Positions 1-11,400 of a DNA stretch of 64,000 nt are shown piece after piece (within the stretch, counting starts at the first letter, position 1; each line of letters begins with the position of its first letter). The notes beneath the pieces are model-generated. The model saw only the letters and a program-made list of their open reading frames with translations, did no database searches and was not told where the DNA came from. This stretch comes from Clostridia bacterium (GTDB lineage: Bacteria; Bacillota; Clostridia; JAAYHZ01). A program made the position numbers and the translations under genes. The stretch is taken from positions 1-64,000 of the forward strand of contig JBMNIH010000011.1 of NCBI GenBank assembly GCA_050950825.1, in the 5' to 3' direction.

Positions 1-1180
1 CGCTTCCGATGTCCTTGATATGAATTCTCTGATCTTCGTCAATAAAGAAGATGCTGCACTTTGATCCGCGAATGATTTCCTTTATCTGATTTTCGCCTAA
101 GTTTGACATCATGCCGGATTTTTCGTTTAGCCGATGGGCTTCGTCCACGATGAGGGTGTCGATGTATCCCCTCGGAACATCGATGTAGCTGCCGGAGCCT
201 TTAAACAGGTTGTTAATGTGGCTTTTTTTAAAGGAGCCGGTCAGTTTGGCCACATAAACGTTTCTCGGGGCACTGTTTTTCGAAACGTACTGGCAGAACT
301 GCCCCCTGTTGGTGAGTTCCACGAGAAGATTTACCGCCACCACGGACTTTCCGGTACCGGGTCCCCCTTTTACAATATATACTCTCTTTTTTCCGTCCAT
401 TTTGCTTTTCATAGCCAATTCAAGGGCTTCCTCGTAAACCACCTTTTGTTCGTCGATCATGATGAATTCTCGATTGCCTTGAAGCATACCCGTGAGGGCA
501 TCCTGCAGGCTTTTCGAGGGACGAATTTGCCCTTTTTCAATTAAGTACAGGTTTTCCCGATTGTCTCCCTGCTTTATGAATCTTTTGATGAAAGCCCTCA
601 GTTTCCCGATGTCGCCGTGGGCGAATACCGGGGCCTTTTTTAAATAGTCCTTGTAGATGGGATGCTCTATGGCGTCATTCCTGTCTTTTTTATAGTTGTG
701 CAGGTATGCGCAGGGCACCAGTTTTATATTCCGATCTTGAACATTCGCGTTATAGTCTTCGAGAAGGGCACAATAGGACCAAGCCTGATAGGAAGGATGC
801 ACCACCTTTCGCAGCCCGCTTCCGATGTATGTTTCCACAAGGGCATCGTTTCCTTCCACTGGGTTTACCTTTTCCCACTGCTTCAGTTCTATGATTACGG
901 CACTTCGGCTTCGCTTTTCACCGTAGCCGGACAGTATAAAGTCGATTCTCTTTGCCGTTTGCGGTATGTTGTATTCGATAGCTACGCCGGAGTCGGAAGG
1001 TATGTGAGAATCGTTCAACACCATGTACATGTACCTTAGGGAATTCTCCCAAGCATTGTACTCGTTCTTCGTGGTTCTTCTCCGCATCTTCTCATAGACA
1101 AGCGCCTCAATCCGAGACGGAAGCCTTTCCTCTTCCATCTCCAGCATAAATTCCGACTTGGTTCCTTCATAAATGAGCAT
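1..1180 (-). CDS. DUF2075-family nuclease-NTPase/helicase (Schlafen group 3-like), runs off the window start
   Basis: Not in the ORF track. ATG at 1180 follows GAAAGAGG. Translation MLIYEGTKSEF...IEYNIPQTAKRIDFIL...IIELKQW (PD-(D/E)xK-like), Walker A GGPGTGKS, Walker B LIVDEAHRL. Frame stays open to base 1. Confidence 0.85.
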   Translation of the reverse strand, partial: MLIYEGTKSEFMLEMEEERLPSRIEALVYEKMRRRTTKNEYNAWENSLRYMYMVLNDSHIPSDSGVAIEYNIPQTAKRIDFILSGYGEKRSRSAVIIELKQWEKVNPVEGNDALVETYIGSGLRKVVHPSYQAWSYCALLEDYNANVQDRNIKLVPCAYLHNYKKDRNDAIEHPIYKDYLKKAPVFAHGDIGKLRAFIKRFIKQGDNRENLYLIEKGQIRPSKSLQDALTGMLQGNREFIMIDEQKVVYEEALELAMKSKMDGKKRVYIVKGGPGTGKSVVAVNLLVELTNRGQFCQYVSKNSAPRNVYVAKLTGSFKKSHINNLFKGSGSYIDVPRGYIDTLIVDEAHRLNEKSGMMSNLGENQIKEIIRGSKCSIFFIDEDQRIHIKDIGS

Positions 1181-1255
1181 GGTATTACCTCTTTCACTAA
1201 TTTTTCGGTATTTTAGTGTTTTTTATCTTTAGTGAGGTAACCTGCGTTACGATTA

Positions 1256-2635
1256 TCAATTTATATATTTAAATAAAATGTTTATACATTTTTTCCGTTC
1301 TTCTACATTCAACTTACGGAAGTGGAACACCACGTCTTCAATATTTGCATCACTCAGTAATCGCTCAACAACCTTTTTCGTTTTTTCATATTGCTCTATG
1401 GTTTCTTCTGATAAGTATTTCGGAAGTAGTCTTGTTGCCTCTATCCATTTTAACGCCTCTGTCCTGCTCATATCTTTTGAAACCCGTAAGATGTAGTATT
1501 CAATCCATATCTTTTCTTTGTTTTTCATTACTTTCAATTCTTCTTCTGCGATTGAGTGTAAAATATGAAGAACGTCGATTTCTATGCCGTTTCTCGAGTA
1601 TTTATCCGTAAGGCTCCGGTATTTTGCTAAAAATGCATGTAAGTCGTTATTTAACTCTTTCAAAGCTTTAATATCGGCAATAAATCCTTCAAGGACAGCT
1701 TTTAGCTCTAAAAAATCATTAATGTCCGATTCCGATATACCTTTTTTACAAACCGCGTCGATTCTATTAATTATGGAAATAACCGCATTAAAATCCGATA
1801 GATCGTAAATATCGTTCCAGATCTCGTCCATCTCGGATTTTATTTGCTCGTGACTCTTTGTAATTTCGGATAACCTTTCCGCCACCTTATTGTAGTAATA
1901 AATATAATCGCTACCTAATGCCTTTTTGTGTTTCTCAATATATGTAATAAGCGTGTAGCCGTATTTTTCCCACTCAAGCAAGTTAACATAGGAAACAAAC
2001 TCCCCTACTTGGTAATCCTCTAGAAATAGTTCACATCTTTTTCTGACTTCTTCTTTTTCTTCAAGCAATTTTACACTTATTAATTCATTTTCCGCATGTA
2101 TTTTTAACTGTTCAGCCGTTCTAAAAAAGCCTAATTTATTAAGGCGCGAATATATATTGTTTATTACTTTCTGAAATCTTGTTATATCCTGCATCGAATG
2201 GCATTTCTGATGCTTAAGCCATGAAGCTTGCTCAACGAATGCTCTAAGTTCCTTAGCCAACCTTGCTATTTCCCCTTCTTCTTTTTTAGGTATAGGATAA
2301 TCTTGCGTAAACAAGTCGAATATTTTTCGGCTTTCTATATTTTCTAGAGCATTTAAGGCTTTATTAATATTCATTCCATCTATCGCTTCCTGCCCTATCA
2401 ATTTTATAGAATTGAGCCTTTGAGTCCACTTATCTAAAATCTGCTTCCCTTGTTCCAATTTATATAAATTCAATTTGCATTCCGCTTCAAGTTCTGTAGG
2501 AAGCTCATCCGTCTTTTGGAGATCGTCTAATAAATTATAATAATGATTTACTCTATATATATCGTTGTTTCCTTGAATACTTCTAAACAGGTTTTTGTAT
2601 TTTTCATGGACTGTTTTTACATCATGAAAAACCGC
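1256..2635 (-). pseudogene. C-terminal ~460 aa remnant of a large alpha-helical protein (third gene of the Ssp restriction module), 5' end removed at IS256
   Basis: The frame of ORF 1256..2473 stays open upstream (AVFHDVKTVHEKYKNLFRSIQ...) to the IS256 left end. No RBS or true start. Leu/Glu/Lys-rich helical sequence with no NTPase motif. Confidence 0.7.
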
Positions 2636-2734
2636 GATTAAGTCTATATAATGGTGTAAAAAGAAGTTGAGCCAAAGCTCATGCCTCGGTTAGAATATAA
2701 ATTACTAAAAAACAAACCCGAGGAGGGATGAGCA

Positions 2735-3951
2735 ATGACTCAATTTAATATTACTATAAGCGGAGAACTTTTGCACGGATTATTTTTATCAAATGGCAAG
2801 GATGAAGCGTTTGCCAAATTATTGGAAGAAATATTTAACCAGGTTCTTTTAGCCCAGTCTTCAGAGCAATTGAAGGCCGACCCCTACGAGCGATCCGAAG
2901 AAAGAACCGCATACCGCAATGGATATCGAGATAGACAGTTAACTACTCGAGTAGGTACACTTACCCTGCGCATTCCCAGACACCGCAACGGGCAGTTCTC
3001 CACAGAGTTATTTGCCCGATATCAGCGCAGTGAACAAGCATTGGTGTTGGCAATGATGGAGATGGTAGTCAATGGTGTTTCCACTCGAAAAGTGGATTTA
3101 ATAACCGAGGAACTATGCGGGAAGAAGTTCTCAAGATCCACTGTCTCGGATCTTTGCAAGAAGTTAGATCCCATCGTGGAGGCTTTTAGAACTCGTCCTC
3201 TGCAGTGCCACTATCCCTTTCTCATAGTGGATGCCATCTTTGTAAATGTGCGGGAAAATGGTCGCGTACAATCAAGTGGTTTGTTGATAGCCACTGCAGT
3301 GAATGAGGAAGGCTATCGCGAAATCATAGGGTTTCAATTAGCCAACAGTGAATCCGAAAGCAGCTGGGGTGAATTCTTTTCCTCTCTTAAAGAAAGAGGG
3401 CTAAAGAATGTTGATTTGGTTACCTCTGACGACCATAAAGGGTTGGTCAAAGCTGTTAGAAGGCACTTTCAAGCGCGCTGGTTGGCAACGCTGTCAAACA
3501 CACTTTTCCAAGAACATTTTGGATTCATACACCGAAGGCGCTGCAACCTGAAATTAAAGAAGAGCTACGCCGGCTTTATGAGGCCGTTGACCTTGAGAGT
3601 GCTCGTAACATCAGAGATCGGATAATCCAAAATTATGAAGCCAAGGCGCCGAAAGCCACGCGCTATTCTGGACGAGGCATTTGACGATATCACTGCTGTT
3701 CTGGCCCTGCCCTTAAGGTATCGAAAACGGCTTCGTACTACAAATAGTGTGGAAAGACTCAACCAGGAAATTCGTCAGTCGTGAACGGGTTATTCGAATC
3801 TTTCCCAATGCATCATCAGCCATACGGCTTATGGGTGCTTTATTAATGGAACAGCATGAAAAGTGGCAAACAGGACACAAATATTTCAATATGCAGTTGT
3901 ATTACCAGATGCGGAAAGAGAACGATTCGAAGTCCGGTTACTGCTGCCTAA
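2735..3951 (+). pseudogene. IS256 (mutator-type) DDE transposase, frameshifted
   Basis: YRNGYRDRQLTTRVGTLTLRIPRHR, GVSTRKV, YPFLIVDA, LVTSDDHKGL. The C-terminal RTTNSVERLNQEI and RIFPN pieces lie in other frames. Stop TAA at 3949-3951. Confidence 0.85.
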
Positions 3952-3956
3952 GATCG

Positions 3957-4122
3957 CATTTATTCCACGGTCTGTTGACAACGACGCCTCTCATGGCATG
4001 TTTTCCGGCATCGGGGCCATCCCCCACAGTAACAGGGATGGGCTTCATAGAAGGTGGATGATGCCCGGCTACTCAGCCTAACATGCCATGTAACTCATTG
4101 TCAACAGCTTTCGCGGCATAAA
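3957..4122. ncRNA. 166-nt conserved nested-hairpin element (copy A), putative structured RNA or ssDNA element
   Basis: Ends CATTTATTCCACGGT...CTTTCGCGGCATAAA. Stems CTGTTGACAA/TTGTCAACAG, ATGGCATGTT/AACATGCCAT, GGCATC/GATGCC, CCATCCC/GGGATGG. Homologous to 15175-15340. Confidence 0.65.
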
Positions 4123-4192
4123 CGCTTGCGACCATAGGCTGATTGCTACATTTAAAATGCCGAGGTAATTTACACACTAATTTGACTTGACT

Positions 4193-5587
4193 TTGTTCTA
4201 GGTCAAGCTCTATTTCACCGATGCTCTTTTTATACTGACTCGGACCTATTACTATTCTGTAGCGTTCATACAAATCATCTAAAAAAGTATCAAAAGTTAT
4301 TTTTTCTTGAGGTTTTAAGGTTGAGAGAACCAAAAATTTAACCAAATCTTCGGACAAAGAAAATCTTTCATGATCTCCTCTCGCAGGTATAATGAGCTGC
4401 ATTATTTTTCCCAATCTTTTAAACATGTTTAAAGTATGATTTCTTGCATGTGTCAAATACTGAATTTCCGTATACTTCTTCGCCGAATCGGGGTTTTCTT
4501 CCAAGTAATCCTTAGTTGTCTTATTAACTGCGTTTACCAGCAGCTCATCTACTCGTCTATAACTTTCAGAAGAAATCTTTCTTACGGTTTTTCCTGCTTT
4601 TTTAGATCTCATATCAATAATCCAAGGCAGCGGCGATATGCCTAGAACTTGTTCGGATCGTCTGCACATCATCCGCATAACTTGCATAACGATTCCTTTT
4701 GCCAGTATTTCGAGCCTTGAAATGGGATGCATATCGGTATATAGGTAATTTATCAATTCGGTTATTGTAAGTTTCCCACACTCTAGATAGCCGGTAGCGG
4801 GTATAAACCCTAAGTTATTACTTCTCCATAATTCATCAAGCTCGATTCCTTGGCTCTTTATCCACGTGTCATAAATCCAGTTCGCCAGATTAGAAAAGCT
4901 TTTACTTTTAGCCGTTACAAGGTGTTTTAAAAGAGCTTCCAGTTCACCACGCTGCTCCTCAGAATTCTGTAAAGCTTGTAAGATATGCAGATAATATACC
5001 TCTCCCCCTCTAGCTAAGAAATTGTGTCTTGAGTAATCAAATTCTTTTTCTACAGCCACTGCATCATCCTGATTTATTCTAGACATACGTGTTGTTTTTT
5101 GAATCATAGCTTCACAAAATATTAATTCCGGTGCTATGGGAAGCAATGATTGGGCCGTCCAAGATCTGTTTTTTAATACTGCCGCATAACCGTACAGTAA
5201 ATCTTGGATTGCTTCAATGGTACTTTCCGCTTCGTTTTTCTCTACACCTTTTGCCGTCAGACTCTCTACTAAAACTTTTTTCATGTCCGCATATGCTCTG
5301 TCATCCACAGGGACTTTTGTATCTTTTTTAGATCGGTTGTAAAATATGAATCTTTTTAAACCCATGCGAGGCAAAACATAGTACACTAATTTCGAATCAA
5401 GATTGGTATGAAAAGCCATAGTCCCTTGTTCCTTGTCTTCATCTTTCGGCGAAACAAAGACCAGTAAAAACTCTATTAAATACTCATAAAGAGTTTGATC
5501 GGAAAAAATTCTGTCGCCAAAAAGGCGAATGGCCATATTGTTTTCTCCGTGCTTTAAATCAGCCTGCTTTGGGAAATATTCATACAT
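4193..5587 (-). CDS. DndG/SspG-like phosphorothioation-dependent restriction subunit, C-terminally truncated by IS256
   Basis: Lies directly after the DndF-like NTPase. C-terminal RFSLSEDLVKFLVLSTL...FDTFLDDLYERYRIVIG winged-helix-like motif. After LDLEQ the ORF reads into the IS256 IR (SQVKLVCK = AGTCAAGTCAAATTAGTGTGTAAA). Confidence 0.6.
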
Positions 5588-5608
5588 TCAATTCATCCTC
5601 CAAAATCT

Positions 5609-7299
5609 TTAATAGCTTGACAAAATGTAACCATCGCTATCTTCCTGCAAAACAATCGAATTCCAGCCTTGGACACTCATTACCAACATTTCTATTGTTC
5701 GATCTTCATGATTAGGGTTGCATACGGATAACATTTTCGCTTTGATGCTGTCAATTCCGTGGGAAAGCATTGGATCGATATTCGTTGGGATTGCGCCGTT
5801 TCTTATGTCATCAAAATAATTCAACAAAGGCAGTGTTATCGGCTGATCAATTTTTCTATTACCGACCGTGATGAACAGTTGTTTTTTATCTCCTTCGCCG
5901 TATTTTAAACTGCCGGTGCTTTCCGTTATCAATCGAACATCTCTGCTGGAAATTGTACAATATAAAAGCTGAACACTTTGGTCGATGCTGTCACTGCGCT
6001 TTAATGTTATCGGTATCTCTCTGTTATCTTGGGTTTTATACCCTGTGTGCATTATGGAAAAGGCCTCCATAATCAGCGCTTTATCATCGTTGTTCGGCAA
6101 TTTCCCATCTCGAAGCTCCATGTACCTGGGGAATTTATTTGAGAATATATTCTGCTGTAATAAGTAATTTTTTTCGGGGTCCGTTTCGATGTTGAATAAA
6201 ATACACATTCTCCTTACCGCATATTTCCACTCAAGTACATTTTTCGTTGTATATCGAGGATTCAAAACAGAGACAATGTTTTGAACTTTAGAATGCAGAT
6301 TCCTGTAATCTTGAAGAATAAACAAGGCTTCATCATGAATCAGGGTTTTGTGATCATATCGGTTTTGATGAATATCGGAAATCGCTTTAATGGCCAAAGC
6401 CTGTCTGTCCGGATTAATACCTTTGTATCCGAATAATGTATTGGAGAACAAGTGATTAAACAAATACCATTCGCGATGACTACCGCCATCAACATCCTCG
6501 CACTCCAAACCGGCGGTAAGAGAATATGTAATTTGGGCGATTATTTGCCTTATTGTCAGCCTCTTTCCGTGTTCTTGCTGCCAAACATAGTGATTATATA
6601 AAAATTCGGTTACTTTGTTTACGTTTTCTATGACCAGCTCTCTATTAAAATAGATGGGACAAACATCTTTCTTACTGCATTCTCTGCAATCTTCAAAAGA
6701 CTTATGGCTGATGATTTTCTTTAAATATTCGCCGGCAAAAGACGAATTATCGATACTTGCGAAATTTAGCGCTCGAATTTTATATCCCTTAATTTCTTTT
6801 ACATCTTCCGAATTAATGTCAATAACATCTAAGATATCTTTTCGACCTCTTTACCTAACACTTCCTTAAAGGTATTAATCAAAGGACCGGTATTTGCAAC
6901 AATAATTACATGCTTTGTCTTTGATTTTTCTAAACAATCTTCAAGAAGCTTTACTCTATTCTCGTCGGAAAACTCGCTAAAATCTTTTATGTAAACACAC
7001 TCGGTGCCATTCGATAATTTAACCTCGTCGTAATCCTTCAAAGCACCGTTAAGTCCGCCTAGATAGTCTAATATCTGTATAAGCAAGCTTGTTTTCCCGT
7101 CTCCTGCATGGCCGGTAATCAAAATCATGTGCGGATCTTGCTCCGTCAGCCATTTCGTAGCAACGTCGACAACAGGCCTTTTAACTAAAAGGTCTTTGTA
7201 AAATGGACTGTTTTTGCTCGCTTCGGCTATCGCGTTCTCATTTTTTGCTCCTACATTGTGCAACGTATTTAAATATTTGATAAATTCGCCATTCTTCAT
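5609..7299 (-). CDS. DndF/SspF-like P-loop NTPase; one -1 frameshift near 6840 joins ORFs 6829..7299 and 5609..6508
   Basis: Walker A ILITGHAGDGKT, YIKDFSE, IIVANTGPL. Adding one A to GAAAAGAT gives a continuous frame ...EVEKDILDV...CRECSKKDVCPIYFN...RLTIRQII... Confidence 0.65.
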
Positions 7300-7308
7300 G
7301 CTTTCACC

Positions 7309-8460
7309 TCACCAACTGTTTTCATAGATGTAATCTAAGGCTTCGTCGAGCATGCGGAAATCATCATCATCATTAAAGTAGCCTACACTAAAGCGCACGG
7401 TTCCTGCAGGAAAAGTGCCTAGAAACTTATGTGATGAAGGAGAGCAGTGCAAACCCGTTCTAACCTCAATACCCTGCTCGATTAATACTTGGCCTATATT
7501 GTCGCTGCTGTATCCGTCGAAGACACACGAAACAACACCGATAGAATCAAAGTCATTTGCCCCACCTATTATCCTAATATTATCATACTTTTTTAGTATA
7601 TTTAACAATCTGCAACGATTTTCCATGTCTTTTTCATAGATGTTTTGAATACTCGTTTTCTCTATCCATGTTAATCCTGCATGCAGCCCTGCTATGGCCA
7701 TGACATTTTGGCTTCCTACTTCATACCTTTCAGGTATCGAATCGGGCAGTTCCGGATTTGCGGAATCCACACCGGTTCCGCCATACAATAAAGGCTTTAG
7801 CTTAATATTGCCGCTGCATATAAACCCTGCAATACCAAACGTAGCATACAGAGTTTTATGACCGGCAAACACGGCAAAGTCGTAAATGCCGCTGCTTAAA
7901 TCCGTGTCTATAAGTCCTGCCGTTTGGCACATGTCAATAATATTTACGGCACCATATTGGTGAGACATGGAGCAAATACTTTCGATCGGTGCAATAACAC
8001 CGCAAACGTTGCTCGCATGATTCATAATCACAACATTCGGTTTATTCTCTGCAAATTGATATTTTATCTTATCTAAATTGTACGTGATTTTCTTTTCATC
8101 AACGGAGAGCGTGTATATGTTGAGTCGATATTTGGTTTTCAGATAATTCAGCACTCGCGTAACCGCATTATGCTCGAAAGGAGTAACATAGATATTGTAA
8201 TTATCCTCTAAATGCAGCCCCTGAAGTATTACATTGATCGCTTCCGTTGCCGTAGAAGTAAAAACAACCTTTTTCGCAGGACACCGAAAAAGTTCCAGTA
8301 TTTTTCTTCTTGCTTCTTGAACGATTTTATGAGAGGAAGTTCCCGTTCCTCTGCCGAAACTAAAGCCCGACTCTCGGTAAAATCGATCAACAAAGGTATA
8401 GACTTCTTCCGGTTTAGGAAAGGTAGTAGCTGCGTTATTGAAATAAGCAACTTTTTTCAA
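7309..8460 (-). CDS. Cysteine desulfurase (aminotransferase class V, SufS/CsdA type), in the SspA position
   Basis: YFNNAATTFPKP, FEHNAV, HASNVCG, PLP-lysine AGHK, catalytic RTGLHCSP. Sits inside the PT operon. Confidence 0.9.
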   Translation of the reverse strand: MKKVAYFNNAATTFPKPEEVYTFVDRFYRESGFSFGRGTGTSSHKIVQEARRKILELFRCPAKKVVFTSTATEAINVILQGLHLEDNYNIYVTPFEHNAVTRVLNYLKTKYRLNIYTLSVDEKKITYNLDKIKYQFAENKPNVVIMNHASNVCGVIAPIESICSMSHQYGAVNIIDMCQTAGLIDTDLSSGIYDFAVFAGHKTLYATFGIAGFICSGNIKLKPLLYGGTGVDSANPELPDSIPERYEVGSQNVMAIAGLHAGLTWIEKTSIQNIYEKDMENRCRLLNILKKYDNIRIIGGANDFDSIGVVSCVFDGYSSDNIGQVLIEQGIEVRTGLHCSPSSHKFLGTFPAGTVRFSVGYFNDDDDFRMLDEALDYIYENSW

Positions 8461-8465
8461 GTCGA

Positions 8466-11400
8466 TTATCCCCCTTTACACATCATTTCAATAAACTCCA
8501 TAAGTATTTGTCTTTTTTCCTGTTCAGAAATCGACTGTCCCATTTCATTCAAAGCGGTCGCAATTTCATTATAAAGAAGTTTCCCCCTTTGGCTTATAGC
8601 GGTTTTATCAAAGGCCTTAACAACCTCTTTTCCATCTTCTCCTACAAAATGCAGTTTATAACCGTTAAAGTCGGGCTGTGCACTCGATGAATGCTCTGCT
8701 GTCCGGTTATATTCCAAAATTGATTTTTTAATCCGCTCCAGTTCATAGTAAAACTCGGAAACGGTTTTTTCTTCCCAGTCGTCAATTCTCAAATTGATGA
8801 CTGTTCTTGCGAGTTTTTCGACAAAGGTATACTCATCATTGCCGATATCAGCCATTAATTGCAGTACCCTATGCTCGTCATTAGGGAATAAGTAACTTAA
8901 GGTAGACGGCTTCAGTTCTTCTACGAAATCTTTGATGATAGAAGTTAGGGAAGCGCTGTTATCTTGTCCGTCTTTAAACAGGTCTTTGATATCGTGAATC
9001 AAATGCTCGATCAGGTCCCTTCGGGCACTGTCGTATATGTCTTTTGCAGTTTCGATATCATTGATTATATCGAGTGTAAATTCATCATATTCGAATAGGA
9101 CAAAAATGCGGTCAAACAAGAACTCTCTGGCATTTATATTCGGACGCTTCAAACCGTTCATAAACCGGATATATTTTTGCGGTAGCTTTTCCGGCTTATT
9201 GTTCTTTCCTCTGTAGATGGTTTTGAGTTCTTTTGCGTATTTAGGCAAGCTCAAATACCAGCGGGTCATGGCCGACACGATATATGAAAAAGTATTAAAG
9301 TCTTTTTCTTTATCAATGATATAATCCGAGAAAAGTTCCTCTAAACGATTCATATAAAGAGCCTTTTCTTCGCTCCATTCCTCCATGTAGGCATAGTAGT
9401 CCTTTGGATTTTCATTAATGCTGTTTAGAAGATCCGCTGTAATTCGTACTTCCTCATCGCCGTTTTTAATAACCAAATATTTTTTTATAAAGTGGAGTAC
9501 GACTGCAATAAATATGGGGATAACTCCTTTTTTGATACCGTATCCGTATTCCGGTTTTCTCAATCGGTCGTATAATTCCTGAAAGTTCTTACCTTTATTA
9601 GAAGAGGACAAAAAGAACTCCCGAATCTCGCCTAATACCCGCGTCATATTTTCATTATCCGGCGTTAACGTAAGAACGGGCTCGTCTTCTACGTTTTTCA
9701 AAATCCCCGTCTGAATCAGAGTACTTCTCATAAACGAAACATCTTGGCTTGTTCCTGTAAGCCCTAGGTTTGGACTCAATTGATTTTCAAGTAGACCTGA
9801 AATTAACCTGCTTCTGCTGTTAATAGCAACTGTGGTTACATAGTCATTATTAATCGTTTCGTTATTGATAATAGGAGTATAGGGATACATCTCTTTACAA
9901 ATCTCAGAAAGTTTAGCGGAAATCTGCGATTTTCGTTTAATGTTCTGCTTCATTCCTTTCCAGAAGTATTCCGATTCGCCCATCTCCGGTCGAGAGTAGC
10001 TCATGATGTATCTGCCTATAACTTCTTCTAAATCTTCCATATAAAGATCATACTCTTGGTATAGAAGTTCATCTTCTTTTGCACTTTCCCTTAAGACGGA
10101 TACCGCGTTGTATTCTAATACGATTTGCTCGATATCCACATGCTTTATAGGCAATATAAACAGGATTCTGTGCTGATTGCAGCAGCCTCCGACAATGGCT
10201 TCTCGAATCTTAGCAATATCATCTTGATCGTAAGGAATGATTGCATAGATAACGCCGTCTGCTTCGATATCCTCAACATGTCTATCCCAATTTTCTATAG
10301 CGAAAAATTCAGCACTATCGATGAACGTAAAGTCAAAATATCTTGTTATCTCATTCTCATCATTGTATGCCGTAGGATACATATAATTATCATAAGAACT
10401 CTTATTCAAAACTTCCTTTACGCTTACATTGTACTTTGTTTTTTCGATAACATTTTCTATCTCTACAGTTATATCGACGCCAGTGCTCTCCTTAATCTTT
10501 AAGTAGCCGTTGCTCTTTTTTTGATATATAACGTATTCTTTTTTAATAAGATCATTGAGGGTATCTTCAATAATCCGTATATCGCCGACACTATCTATAA
10601 AGGTGTTGAAAATAATGTCTTTAACAGGCGGTAACTTCTCAAACTGCTCCACTATATAAATAAGTGAAATTGTTTTGATTATTTTTGCCGCAAGGGAATC
10701 GTTTTCGAGTTTTTGAAGCACCTTTCTCGTTGTCGTATACAATTTGTGAACATCACTGGTATACGGCTCTTTCTTTAAAAGGGGTTCGAAATAATCAAAA
10801 AGATAATCAGGAGTAAGCAGGGAGAAGCCTTCCGGTACCCTCTCCAGAAAATCCGTAAGGGTATTCTTACTGTCTGCAGATAAAAAGGTAAATAAAGTTC
10901 TTTCATTTTGCGCAACTTTTTCCGACAGCCTCGGCAGAATAAAGGTTGAAACGGGATGAAGGGGATAACACCCTTTAACCGCTATTTCAGCCGTTTTTTC
11001 ATCATCTTTATCAAGAACACCGTTTCCAATAAAGCGCTCAATCAATTGTTCGAATTTTGCTTGATGATCTCGACAAAAGTCTGACCAAAAGCCTTCCTCT
11101 TTTCGAATAACGAAGGATATGATTTCATAAATTTGGGCGTAATTGTTGTGAAGGCTCATATGCTTGAATCGGCCCGAAACGCCGCGCCATCCGTCGACTT
11201 TGTCTTTCGGAAGTTTTTTATCGATATAATTGGCAATATCCTTGTGGGAGATCAGCATCAAGTGCATTTGCTTGTCATCGCTTCGGTCGCATTTTTCGGC
11301 AAAGTCCTGCAGCAGCTTGATGTCGCTAATGGTCGTATTCGCTATACTAGACTCTAAATACTTGCTGAACTCGTCATATACGATATATACGCCACTGTAG

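Larger units (their letters stand above)
2636..4192 (+). mobile_element. IS256-family insertion sequence (copy 1)
   Basis: Imperfect terminal IRs GATTAAGTCTATATAATGGTGTAAA and (rc) AGTCAAGTCAAATTAGTGTGTAAA around an IS256 transposase. Flanks AAAACCGC / TTGTTCTA do not match, so no target-site duplication. Confidence 0.85.

Noticed and set aside
134-1039. Plus-strand ORFs 134..544, 662..1039 and 706..894
   Set aside because: Shadows of the minus-strand DUF2075 gene.
3957-4122. 6S RNA, SRP RNA or riboswitch identity for the hairpin element
   Set aside because: Two divergent copies inside IS elements and no recognisable consensus motifs of those RNAs. Not excluded without cmscan.
3747-4192. 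ORFs 3747..4061, 3863..4081 and the last ~40 aa of ORF 4073..5587
   Set aside because: Frameshifted transposase tail and read-through into non-coding IS sequence.
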